DNA of 36,799 nucleotides, from the IMG/VR virus record IMGVR_UViG_3300020045_004753, positions 1-36,799 of that record; one strand, written 5' to 3'. The notes under the pieces are model-generated. The model searched no databases. It was given only the letters and a program-made list of their open reading frames with translations, and was not told where the DNA came from. Positions 1 to 7,586 of this stretch are shown here, piece by piece. Source of the stretch: a virus (Duplodnaviria > Caudoviricetes). The position numbers and the translations under genes are program-made. The first letter of the stretch is position 1, and each line of letters opens with the position of its first letter.

Positions 1-121
1 GCCGAAAGGGTGAAATACAGCATCGTATTAACCAAATAGACTCGCGCCTCATGTCTATCAAGTGGGCGAGTCACCCCATAGGCTCGATATGCGAGGATGA
101 CCGGGGCGTCAGGTTCCAGGT
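1..121. repeat. Terminal direct repeat, copy 1 (circular assembly overlap)
   Basis: Identical to 36679-36799 over 121 bp. Confidence 0.97.
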
Positions 122-218
122 AGGCGGGTATCGTAACAATTGGCTACTAGGCTACAAGATCAGGAAGGACGGTACTCCGGGGACCAAGTTGGTCAACGTG
201 TACAACGTCAAGGAGTAA
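1..218 (+). CDS. 3' part of a 92-aa hypothetical protein spanning the circular junction (starts at 36618)
   Basis: Manual translation MQGETQKEV...GYKIRKDGTPGTKLVNVYNVKE* is open across the join; TAA at 216-218. Confidence 0.75.
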   Translation, partial: RKGEIQHRINQIDSRLMSIKWASHPIGSICEDDRGVRFQVGGYRNNWLLGYKIRKDGTPGTKLVNVYNVKE

Positions 219-222
219 AGGA

Positions 223-570
223 ATGGAACACACAAAGGAGCCGTGGAAAACGGCGTATAGGCGTAGACCATCAAACGAAATGATGTATCAAGAAATATTT
301 GATTCAAATGGAAAAACAATAGCCATTCTCACGTGGTATCCAGTTAAAATAGACGAATATACTACAGCAACAAATCGAGAAGAAAACGCTCGACGTATCG
401 TCGCTTGCGTAAATGCGTGCGTGGGTATATCTACCGAAGACTTGGAGCGTGGATACATATCGATTCGGCAGGGGCACGTTCCGCACGGCAACGGATCAAG
501 CGTATTCAGAGCTTCAGGCCCTTCAATCGACCTAAGCCCCGACCGAAACCCATTAGAGACGCTCGACTAG
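223..570 (+). CDS. Hypothetical phage protein
   Basis: RBS AAGGAG upstream; ENARRIVACVNAC-type motif typical of small phage accessory proteins. Confidence 0.7.
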   Translation: MEHTKEPWKTAYRRRPSNEMMYQEIFDSNGKTIAILTWYPVKIDEYTTATNREENARRIVACVNACVGISTEDLERGYISIRQGHVPHGNGSSVFRASGPSIDLSPDRNPLETLD

Positions 571-667
571 TCAACGGTACATCGCGGATTCAATCTATAT
601 GCCACCGGACACTATGGAACGATAACGGCCGGTAATGTTACATTTATAAGCGTGCACGGCGATTTTG

Positions 668-676
668 TGCTATAAT
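668..676 (+). promoter_or_regulatory. Extended -10 promoter
   Basis: TG-C-TATAAT upstream of AGGAGG RBS and ATG 699. Confidence 0.55.
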
Positions 677-698
677 CGATTCAACCTAGGAGGTTTTT

Positions 699-938
699 AT
701 GGATGAGCAAAAAGGGCCGGTTCGTATTCAATTCGACCTGACCCGCGAAGAGTGGGCCATGTGTGAGAAGTACGCGGGCCCGTATGCCTATCGCCACTTT
801 TTCGGGCGTAACGCCTTCCTGGAGAAGGTCAAGCGCATGGAAGGACGGGACGAGTCGGCTATAGTGGAGCGGCTTACGTCGGACGGGAAGTATCTGCAAA
901 AGCTGATTGACGGCGGATACGCCAAGATGCCGAAATAG
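699..938 (+). CDS. Small protein, possible ribbon-helix-helix DNA binder
   Basis: Strong RBS; N-terminal VRIQFDLTREEW strand-helix pattern; fold call is weak. Confidence 0.6.
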   Translation: MDEQKGPVRIQFDLTREEWAMCEKYAGPYAYRHFFGRNAFLEKVKRMEGRDESAIVERLTSDGKYLQKLIDGGYAKMPK

Positions 939-953
939 ATTTTTATAAAAGGC

Positions 954-982
954 TTGACATTCTAACATGTTGGGTTTATGCT
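954..982 (+). promoter_or_regulatory. Sigma70-type promoter for the Y RNA/Ro60 operon
   Basis: TTGACA (954-959), 17-nt spacer, TATGCT (977-982); expected start site about 989-991, where RNA 1 begins. Confidence 0.8.
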
Positions 983-990
983 TCAATTAC

Positions 991-1052
991 AGCGGTGGTG
1001 CAGATGACGGATACTTATTGGAAATTAGCCCGTTATCGCTTTATTCCCCGCT
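991..1052 (+). ncRNA. Y-like RNA 1 (minimal hairpin)
   Basis: AGCGG/CCGCT outer stem, TGGTGCA and ATTCC internal loop, GATGACGG/CCGTTATC inner stem, TACTT; lies upstream of Ro60. Confidence 0.7.
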
Positions 1053-1059
1053 TTTCATG

Positions 1060-1187
1060 TACGCGGTAGCTCAGTTGGTAGAGCAAAAGTAAAAGACCGT
1101 TGCCGATTCATTCCCGCGTAAGCGTGGTGCAGGTTACGGATACTTAATTCAAACTTTGGGGCGCCGGTTCAAATCCGGTCCGCGTAT
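1060..1187 (+). ncRNA. Y-like RNA 2 (tRNA-shaped, YrlA-like, permuted)
   Basis: Acceptor TACGCGG/CCGCGTA, D arm GCTC-AGTTGGTA-GAGC, stem AAAGT/ACTTT, T arm GCCGG-TTCAAAT-CCGGT; 62-nt insert (1091-1152) carries the shared motif. Confidence 0.8.
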
Positions 1188-1194
1188 GTTAAAA

Positions 1195-1262
1195 GCCGGT
1201 GGTGCAGAGAACGGTTACTTAACCTGTTAAGTTATCCGTGCCGTTCTCGAACATTCCCCGGC
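1195..1262 (+). ncRNA. Y-like RNA 3 (minimal hairpin followed by U tract)
   Basis: GCCGG/CCGGC outer stem, TGGTGCA and ATTCC loop, GAGAACGG/CCGTTCTC inner stem, TACTT; T run at 1263-1268. Confidence 0.7.
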
Positions 1263-1287
1263 TTTTTTATTTTTCAAGGAGGATGTT

Positions 1288-2595
1288 ATGGCGTCGATCA
1301 ATTCAAAGGCTAAATACTCGGGGCCGATCACGCACGAAGGCGGTATGTCTTCGCGCGTATCGGATGCTGAAATATTGCGGAGGTCTGTGCTTTCCACCAT
1401 GCTGTGGGAGGATGGATTCTACGAAGACGGCGAAGCTATCGCGGAGAGAATCGTACGGATTACTAAGTCGGTACTTCCCGTCGAAGCCGTCGAAATCATG
1501 ATGGAGGCGAAGGAAAAGCAAAAACTTCGCCATGCTCCGCTTCTAATGGCCGTTGCTCTTGCTGAATCCGGCATACTAACGAAGGAAAATGTCGAGTCCG
1601 TGATTGATCGCGCCGACTCTCTTTCCGAGTTCATGGCGATGTATTGGAAAGATGGGCGCCGCCCGATCGACCACCAAGTACGAAAAGGCATCGCGCTTGC
1701 CTTCAAGAAGTTCAACGAGTACCAACTCGCCAAGTACGACCGCGCGAAGACAGTACGGCTTCGGGATGTTATGCGCATGGTTCGGCCTAAGCCGGAAGAC
1801 GACGAACAAGCCGCGTTGTGGGGCCGACTTATAAAGGGAACCATGGCAACCCCCGACACGTGGGAAGTGGCGCTCTCAGGCGGTGCGGACAAAAAGGAGG
1901 CTTTCACTCGCTTGCTTGTTGAAAAGGGCCTCGGGGATCTAGCATTCATTCGTAACCTTCGCAACATGACCCAGGCGGATGTTAGCCTTGACCTGATTCG
2001 AGAATCGTTCAAATCTCGCCGGTGGGGGCGAATGCTTCCGTTTCAGTTTGTAGCGGCGGCGCGAAACGTACCGATCCTTGATCCGGAAATCGAGACGGCA
2101 ATGCTCAAGTGCATGGAAGGCATGGACAAGGTCGCCGGAAAAGTCGTTATCCTCGTTGACGGTTCCGTCTCGATGGATGCAAAGATATCCGCAAAGTCGG
2201 AAATGACGCGATTCGATGCGGCTTGCGGTATTGCAATTCTCGCGCGTGAATTGTGCGAAGACGTTACGATCTACCGATTCAATGATTCGGCAAAGCTTGT
2301 CCCGGCTCGGCGCGGGTTCGCTCTTCGCGATGCACTTGGAAGCGCGAATGGCGGTACTGAAATGTGGAACGCGATACGAACCGCAAAGGCGCAAGGCCAT
2401 AGCCGATTGATGATCGTCATAACCGACGAACAAACGTCGGACAATGGGGGCGTGTCGGAGGCTGATTCCGATTTACTGGTAATCGTAAACGTTGCATCGA
2501 ATCAAAACGGCGTCGGGTACGGTAAAGGATCGGTCCATATCAGCGGATGGTCGGAAAACGTCATCGCCTATTTGCGGGAATTGATGAATGCCTAA
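1288..2595 (+). CDS. rsr: Ro60/Rsr family TROVE-domain RNA-binding protein with C-terminal vWA domain
   Basis: THEGG, LWEDGFYE, LRHAP, FNEYQLAKY, PDTWE, IRNLRN motifs; MIDAS DGSVS, GGT and ITDEQ; AAGGAGG RBS. Confidence 0.93.
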   Translation: MASINSKAKYSGPITHEGGMSSRVSDAEILRRSVLSTMLWEDGFYEDGEAIAERIVRITKSVLPVEAVEIMMEAKEKQKLRHAPLLMAVALAESGILTKENVESVIDRADSLSEFMAMYWKDGRRPIDHQVRKGIALAFKKFNEYQLAKYDRAKTVRLRDVMRMVRPKPEDDEQAALWGRLIKGTMATPDTWEVALSGGADKKEAFTRLLVEKGLGDLAFIRNLRNMTQADVSLDLIRESFKSRRWGRMLPFQFVAAARNVPILDPEIETAMLKCMEGMDKVAGKVVILVDGSVSMDAKISAKSEMTRFDAACGIAILARELCEDVTIYRFNDSAKLVPARRGFALRDALGSANGGTEMWNAIRTAKAQGHSRLMIVITDEQTSDNGGVSEADSDLLVIVNVASNQNGVGYGKGSVHISGWSENVIAYLRELMNA

Positions 2596-2740
2596 GTGCC
2601 CAAGATGCGGCGAGCCGTTGACCCCCGAAGAGCTTCGCGCCCTTTGGGGGTCTTTTAACGGCAGCAAAAAAAGCGACAAAAAGGCGAAAGCCGCCAGAGA
2701 GAATGGTAAAAAACACGCGGCCAGGAATACCAAGCCTTGA
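2588..2740 (+). CDS. 50-aa basic protein (CxxC; KAKAARENGKK), not in ORF track
   Basis: Manual translation MPKCPRCGEPLTPEELRALWGSFNGSKKSDKKAKAARENGKKHAARNTKP*; overlaps the Ro60 stop. Confidence 0.65.
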   Translation: MPKCPRCGEPLTPEELRALWGSFNGSKKSDKKAKAARENGKKHAARNTKP

Positions 2741-2765
2741 CAAGACGGACGGACGGACGTATACT
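2737..2765 (+). promoter_or_regulatory. Sigma70-type promoter with (GACG)4 spacer
   Basis: TTGACA (2737-2742), 17-nt spacer, TATACT (2760-2765). Confidence 0.8.
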
Positions 2766-2783
2766 GTAGGCAATGGAGGACGC

Positions 2784-3323
2784 ATGACCATAGACAAAGA
2801 TTTCCCAGGGCTGGTAACCAAGGACGGTTGGTTTTACTTCGAGGGGTCGATTGAAACCGAAGAAACGTTGAACATCAAAATACCGCTAAAAGTTAGCGGC
2901 GGGATCAAGGCTGGCACCTGGATCAAGGCTGGCACCTGGATCGAGGCTGGCACCTGGATCAAGGCTGGCACCTGGATCGAGGCTGGCACCTGGATCAAGG
3001 CTGGCACCTGGATCAAGGCTGGCACCTGGATCAAGGCTGGCACCTGGATCAAGGCTGGCACCTGGATCAAGGCTGGCACCTGGATCGAGTTTAAGACTAA
3101 AATAACCGTCAAAGGTATCGAGTCAAAAACCATCATCAACATTATCGGATCATTCCGGTTTATGATAACCGTACTCGATGACCATATCATCATCGGTTGC
3201 CAAAAAAAAACCAAGGCTGAATGGTGTACGTTGCTGGAAACCGGCGACGAACACGCGGCCGCTAAGCTCGGCGACGACGGTTCAATGTGGGCCGTTCGCG
3301 ACATGATCGCAAGGTTTTTGTGA
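2784..3323 (+). CDS. Hexapeptide-repeat (I[K/E]AGTW x10) protein, probable beta-solenoid
   Basis: GGAGG RBS before ATG 2784 (in frame with ORF 2703); C-terminal IIIGCQ..EW motif. Confidence 0.75.
   Translation: MTIDKDFPGLVTKDGWFYFEGSIETEETLNIKIPLKVSGGIKAGTWIKAGTWIEAGTWIKAGTWIEAGTWIKAGTWIKAGTWIKAGTWIKAGTWIKAGTWIEFKTKITVKGIESKTIINIIGSFRFMITVLDDHIIIGCQKKTKAEWCTLLETGDEHAAAKLGDDGSMWAVRDMIARFL
2902..3089 (+). repeat. 18-bp coding tandem repeat, about 10.4 copies
   Basis: GGATC(A/G)AGGCTGGCACCT contiguous units. Confidence 0.97.
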
Positions 3324-3330
3324 GGTACGC

Positions 3331-3534
3331 ATGGAAGCCGACGACGTAAAACGCATACGCGCAAAGCTTGGTATCACGCAAGCGGAACTAGCCGAACGGT
3401 TGACCGAAATGGACGGTAAGCCGGTAAGCTGGCGAACTGTGGGCGACTGGGAGCAAAAGCGGCGCGGTATCGGGGAAGTGAACGCCGAAAAACTGAGGAA
3501 GCTGGAAGGGGGACAAAATGGGAGTAGTCGCTAG
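3331..3534 (+). CDS. XRE/Cro-type helix-turn-helix regulator
   Basis: VKRIRAKLGITQAELAERL...VSWRTVGDWEQ. Confidence 0.85.
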   Translation: MEADDVKRIRAKLGITQAELAERLTEMDGKPVSWRTVGDWEQKRRGIGEVNAEKLRKLEGGQNGSSR

Positions 3535-4075
3535 GGATAATGGCGGAGAATACGAGCCTATACCTATTGGGATGACTCGCGCATTGTGCATAAACGTTTT
3601 TGACATCGGGTTTCAAAAGGGGTATCAAGGTGGACCGCCTACCCATAAAGTGGTCGTATTGTGGGAAATCGAGCCTATTTCTAAAACAAGCGGAAAGCAC
3701 TTTACTATTACCAAAATATACACGTTGAGCATTTCGGACAAATCAACTCTTGGGGTTGATCTTGTTTCGTGGAGAGGGAAGGCTTTTACCGATGAAGAGC
3801 GCAAGGGTTTTGATCTTGATAAAATCAAAACAAAAGCTTGCCAGTTAAACATTGTCCCACAGGGAGAAAAAGTAAAAGTTGCTTCAGTTCTTCCTGCTCA
3901 GCGTGTTATGGAGGATGGCAAATCTGTCATATCGATTCACTGGCAGCCTGATACTTCGAGCGATTTTATCCCCAACTTTGTAAAAAACATGATCGCGGAA
4001 CAGTTGCCTCCTCCTGAAAAAACAGCGGAAACACAAGATCATCAAGATGATTTTGTGGACGATCCTATATTTTAG
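3518..4075 (+). CDS. Phage ssDNA-binding/replication protein (NGO0469-like)
   Basis: DIGFQ, YTLS, SWRGKAFT..GFDL motifs; acidic tail DDFVDDPIF. Confidence 0.65.
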   Translation: MGVVARDNGGEYEPIPIGMTRALCINVFDIGFQKGYQGGPPTHKVVVLWEIEPISKTSGKHFTITKIYTLSISDKSTLGVDLVSWRGKAFTDEERKGFDLDKIKTKACQLNIVPQGEKVKVASVLPAQRVMEDGKSVISIHWQPDTSSDFIPNFVKNMIAEQLPPPEKTAETQDHQDDFVDDPIF

Positions 4076-4083
4076 GATAGGCC

Positions 4084-4533
4084 ATGAAAGTACCGCGTAT
4101 TCATCGCCGAAAAACCGGAAGTGCTGATGTTATATCGTTTGACCTTTCGATTGAGTACCACGAGGAATACGCGGAGCTTTTACGAAAGTGTAAGAAAGAC
4201 GACCTATACGACTTGGAATTAACAAAGCCGGTGAATCGCCGTACAACCGGTGACTTTTCGCAGTCGCATCACTTCAACGGCCATGTGGCGCAAATAGCCG
4301 AAGAAACCGGGAATGATTTCGACGATGTGAAACTATACGTGAAGCGTCGAGCATTTCACCGGGGCCTTCCGTACATGATGAAAGCCGATGACACACCAGT
4401 CTATTCTTTGATCGACGGCGAGCCGTTGCCGAAAAGCGAAACGCAGATGACAACGGTTGAATGCGGATGGTGTATCGACGAGTGCCATATACTTGCGGCA
4501 GAGTTGAACGTAACATTAAGGGAAACCGAATGA
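4084..4533 (+). CDS. NinB/Orf-like recombination protein
   Basis: RT...Q....GHVAQIAEETG and KSETQMTT..C..CID patterns. Confidence 0.6.
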   Translation: MKVPRIHRRKTGSADVISFDLSIEYHEEYAELLRKCKKDDLYDLELTKPVNRRTTGDFSQSHHFNGHVAQIAEETGNDFDDVKLYVKRRAFHRGLPYMMKADDTPVYSLIDGEPLPKSETQMTTVECGWCIDECHILAAELNVTLRETE

Positions 4534-4802
4534 AGTATGACGACATCCGCAAAGTGCACCAATGCGAGATATGCGGCCAACGGGCCGACCCTCACGAGAT
4601 AATCACCCGCGCAACCGGTGGGCCTCGTGAGCCGTGGAACGTCATCTATCTTTGTCCGGTTCATCACACAATGGGCCCGTTTGCTTTTCACCGTTTGGGG
4701 CGAGTAGGGTTTGCGATAAAGTTCCCGCAGTTTCGGGACAAGATAAAGGCGGCGTGTGAACGGATGGGCCGTGAGTACGACAAAACAGGGAGGGACAAAT
4801 GA
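4530..4802 (+). CDS. HNH-type zinc nuclease
   Basis: CEICG..ADPHE....GG.....NVIYLCPVHH; start reset to ATG 4530 (ATGA overlap). Confidence 0.7.
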   Translation: MKYDDIRKVHQCEICGQRADPHEIITRATGGPREPWNVIYLCPVHHTMGPFAFHRLGRVGFAIKFPQFRDKIKAACERMGREYDKTGRDK

Positions 4803-5011
4803 ACGAAAAGGATTATGACAAAATAAGGATATCACCATCGGATGATATTCGACATGATGCTGAATTAACGTTTGATGCTTACAAAAATCTACCAAGAGAC
4901 TATTCGGATATATGTCCAAGGTATGGGCAAGGAGACACGGCTTTAAGGGCCGCGGCTTTTATAGATGGCTATATGATGGCTATCGCTAATTACAAGGCTA
5001 TAAAATCATGA
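4799..5011 (+). CDS. Hypothetical protein
   Basis: ATGA coupling, GGAGG RBS. Confidence 0.6.
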   Translation: MNEKDYDKIRISPSDDIRHDAELTFDAYKNLPRDYSDICPRYGQGDTALRAAAFIDGYMMAIANYKAIKS

Positions 5012-5184
5012 CCGGCACCATCATCAAGTCCATCGTCAAGCTCGAACCGTTTTCGACTGAGGTGGACATAGACCACGCAATCAGCGGCATAATGACACGG
5101 GCGCGCGCGGAAATAGGCGACGAGCCGAACCGGGCGTATCTCGTGGTAGACCGTACCGGATACCAGACCGTCATCCGGGCGTAG
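5008..5184 (+). CDS. 58-aa hypothetical protein, not in ORF track
   Basis: MTGTIIKSIVKLEPF...QTVIRA*; ATGA overlap fills the gap. Confidence 0.55.
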   Translation: MTGTIIKSIVKLEPFSTEVDIDHAISGIMTRARAEIGDEPNRAYLVVDRTGYQTVIRA

Positions 5185-5200
5185 GTGGGGAGGGAGTGAG

Positions 5201-5458
5201 ATGGATAAATCTATAATGCTTTCTAATGATGAATATTCAAAGCTTTCTCCTCGTCAGCGAAAGTTTTACGATTATGCAATGGCGCATATTGATGACGAAA
5301 ACGCGGCCGGTCCGTGGGGAGGGTGGTCTAGAGCTCATGATGCACTCAAGGCTATTGGGTGGACTGAGAAACGTAGGGAAGAAGGATGCAGGGTATACGT
5401 AGCTCTTGTCCGCCCTGATGCCGTAAAAGAGCCGTCCGAAGACGCCGTGTGTGGCTAA
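5201..5458 (+). CDS. Hypothetical protein
   Basis: RBS, operon packing. Confidence 0.6.
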   Translation: MDKSIMLSNDEYSKLSPRQRKFYDYAMAHIDDENAAGPWGGWSRAHDALKAIGWTEKRREEGCRVYVALVRPDAVKEPSEDAVCG

Positions 5459-5852
5459 CATGGACCACTACGGCGCCCGAGGTGAACTACTCGCCGAGTC
5501 ATCCGGTCAATCCGTTCTCGGCCCTTGCCTAGTCGAACATGGATACGATCGCGCGTATAAGTTCAATGTCGACGGGACGACTACGGTATGGGAGCGCGGT
5601 CAAGGATCATGGGTAGAGGCTGAGGACAGAGACCGGCACAAGCTTACGCGTGACGAGTATATGTCGATTCACGCCGAGCATTTTTACGCCGGCGAGTTTT
5701 ACGATTGGGCTTGCTGGCGGTCATTTTTTACCGGAATCGAGATCATGCGATCGAAGGCTTGCAAGTGGGACTTGTCCCCAGCATGGGAAGCGTGGATCCG
5801 GTGGGCGTCTGCTATAATGCGAGACGTCGCAGTAGATGAGCAAACGAGGTAA
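5451..5852 (+). CDS. Hypothetical protein
   Basis: Operon packing; start uncertain. Confidence 0.55.
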   Translation: MANMDHYGARGELLAESSGQSVLGPCLVEHGYDRAYKFNVDGTTTVWERGQGSWVEAEDRDRHKLTRDEYMSIHAEHFYAGEFYDWACWRSFFTGIEIMRSKACKWDLSPAWEAWIRWASAIMRDVAVDEQTR

Positions 5853-5855
5853 CCA

Positions 5856-6347
5856 TTGAGATTATGTGCGGTACTTCTATTCATCGCTTCCACCCTTACC
5901 GCCGCCCCGATTGACGACGCAACCTTCCGCGACGTGATGTACATTTCCGACCGTGAAGGTGTCCCGCGATCCGTTGCCGCTCGCCTAATGTTCGAGGAGT
6001 CCGGTGATCCGTGGACCGGATCGCGTGGTGACCCTGACGCGGTGGGGGATGAGGCTACGGGGTGGGCTTCGGAGGGGTTGTATCAACTGCATACGCGTCC
6101 GGAAAACATTGAATATCTCGTCGCTACATATTGGTACGGTCGTGAAGAGAAAGAAACGTTCGATATTCGAAACCCTCGCCACAATTCTACCGTAGCACTT
6201 CGATACTTGGCCGACCTTCACCGCCGATTCAATACGTGGTACATGGCGGCGGCTCGGTTTAATTGCGGGCCATACTCTAAAACCATACCCGATAAAACAA
6301 AACGCTACGCCGTCAGAATTATATCAGCCAGGGAGCCGAAACTATGA
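5856..6347 (+). CDS. Secreted lytic transglycosylase (SLT family)
   Basis: Signal peptide; catalytic EES, GLYQL, YL..L, ARFNCG. Confidence 0.8.
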   Translation: MRLCAVLLFIASTLTAAPIDDATFRDVMYISDREGVPRSVAARLMFEESGDPWTGSRGDPDAVGDEATGWASEGLYQLHTRPENIEYLVATYWYGREEKETFDIRNPRHNSTVALRYLADLHRRFNTWYMAAARFNCGPYSKTIPDKTKRYAVRIISAREPKL

Positions 6348-6525
6348 GTCGACCTCGTTACGTCGATAGTGGTATTTGTCTTTACTACCGTGTTGATAGT
6401 CGCGGTTCACGTTGCACAATGTCATACGCCTGCCCGTGGGGTAAATCGCAGTTTAGACAAAACGGCGTGAAGTAATGCAAGGTTAACGGAGTCATAGGCG
6501 AGGGGCACAAACTAGGGGGTAAACG

Positions 6526-7071
6526 ATGAATGAAACGAAATGCGACGAGTGCCCCGGCTTAGCCTGCGGCGACGAGTGCGACGGGAAAAGCCACGCAACG
6601 ACGGAAAGGACGTGCGATACGTGCGATCACGATAACAAGCCGACGTGTGATCCTGGTAAATGTCTTCGCGGCCCTGGGATGTGGAAGCCCCGCCCAGCCG
6701 CTCAAGACGCGGACGAGTTGCGGTATGCAGGAATCATCAAGATTTTCGAAAACATTCGCGAAGAGCTTTTCGAACGATCGACAGACATGGGGTCTTATAG
6801 GGATGGATACGAAGAGGGTATCGAAGAAGCTATCCGGCTAATGTTCGACAAGATGCGCCGCCCCTCCCGCCCCATGAGCGCCGAGGTAGAGAAGGCGATA
6901 GAGACGGCAACGAAGTATACGCAGTCATACATCGACTGGTGGAGCACTGTAGAGTGCCAATGTGAACCTGAAAGCGATGCTGTTTGCGACAAATGCGCGC
7001 ACGTTAAAAACGGGCATGCTATTCTAAGCGCAATATCCACCATTGTCGCCGCCCTCAAGGCTCGCGGATAA
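6526..7071 (+). CDS. Cys-rich hypothetical protein
   Basis: RBS; several CxxC clusters. Confidence 0.6.
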   Translation: MNETKCDECPGLACGDECDGKSHATTERTCDTCDHDNKPTCDPGKCLRGPGMWKPRPAAQDADELRYAGIIKIFENIREELFERSTDMGSYRDGYEEGIEEAIRLMFDKMRRPSRPMSAEVEKAIETATKYTQSYIDWWSTVECQCEPESDAVCDKCAHVKNGHAILSAISTIVAALKARG

Positions 7072-7082
7072 AGGAGAAGGGG

Positions 7083-7586
7083 ATGTATTGTGCATGTGGA
7101 GCTAAATACGATCAATTTACCGGAGACAGATTATACAGCCAAAGCATAACAGAAAACGGGCGAATAATATACGGCGTATGCGCTCATGGCGTAGTAGTGG
7201 TTGACAACCGTAAAGATTCAGCCCTCACCACCCCGCATCCGGAAGCGTCGGATAGGGAGCGCAATAGCCTAGCGAAAGTTATAGTTGCGCGTCTACTTGG
7301 GTCGCTTGAGGCAAACGCTACATATATTGATGCTGTTGAAACCACATTATGCCTGTTTGAGGTTACCATCCGCGCGGACGAGCGACAGAAGTCGGACGCC
7401 AAGTGCTGCACCTGGACCGAAGAAAGCGGACACGACTATTCCGGCGTATGGAATACATCCTGCGGGGAAGCGTTTGTCTACGAACACGCCACGCCAGCCG
7501 AAAACGGCGCCCGGTTCTGCCAACACTGCGGAAATCCTATTGAGTTCAAGCCGTATGCGCCAGAGATAGACGAGGACGAGGGATGA
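7083..7586 (+). CDS. Modular hypothetical protein with C-terminal Zn ribbon
   Basis: WNTSCG...FCQHCG; AAGGAG RBS. Confidence 0.65.
   Translation: MYCACGAKYDQFTGDRLYSQSITENGRIIYGVCAHGVVVVDNRKDSALTTPHPEASDRERNSLAKVIVARLLGSLEANATYIDAVETTLCLFEVTIRADERQKSDAKCCTWTEESGHDYSGVWNTSCGEAFVYEHATPAENGARFCQHCGNPIEFKPYAPEIDEDEG

Noticed and set aside
1-121. Biological terminal repeat
   Set aside because: It falls mid-gene and looks like an assembler overlap; it supports circularity only
1060-1187. Ordinary or intron-containing tRNA
   Set aside because: The insert is too short for a self-splicing intron, shows no clear bulge-helix-bulge, and carries the motif shared with the flanking RNAs
991-1262. CRISPR-like or plain repeat array
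   Set aside because: Only short motifs are identical, stems covary and one unit is permuted, which fits structured RNAs
2902-3089. CRISPR array
   Set aside because: Units are contiguous with no spacers and lie in frame within a gene; no cas genes are present
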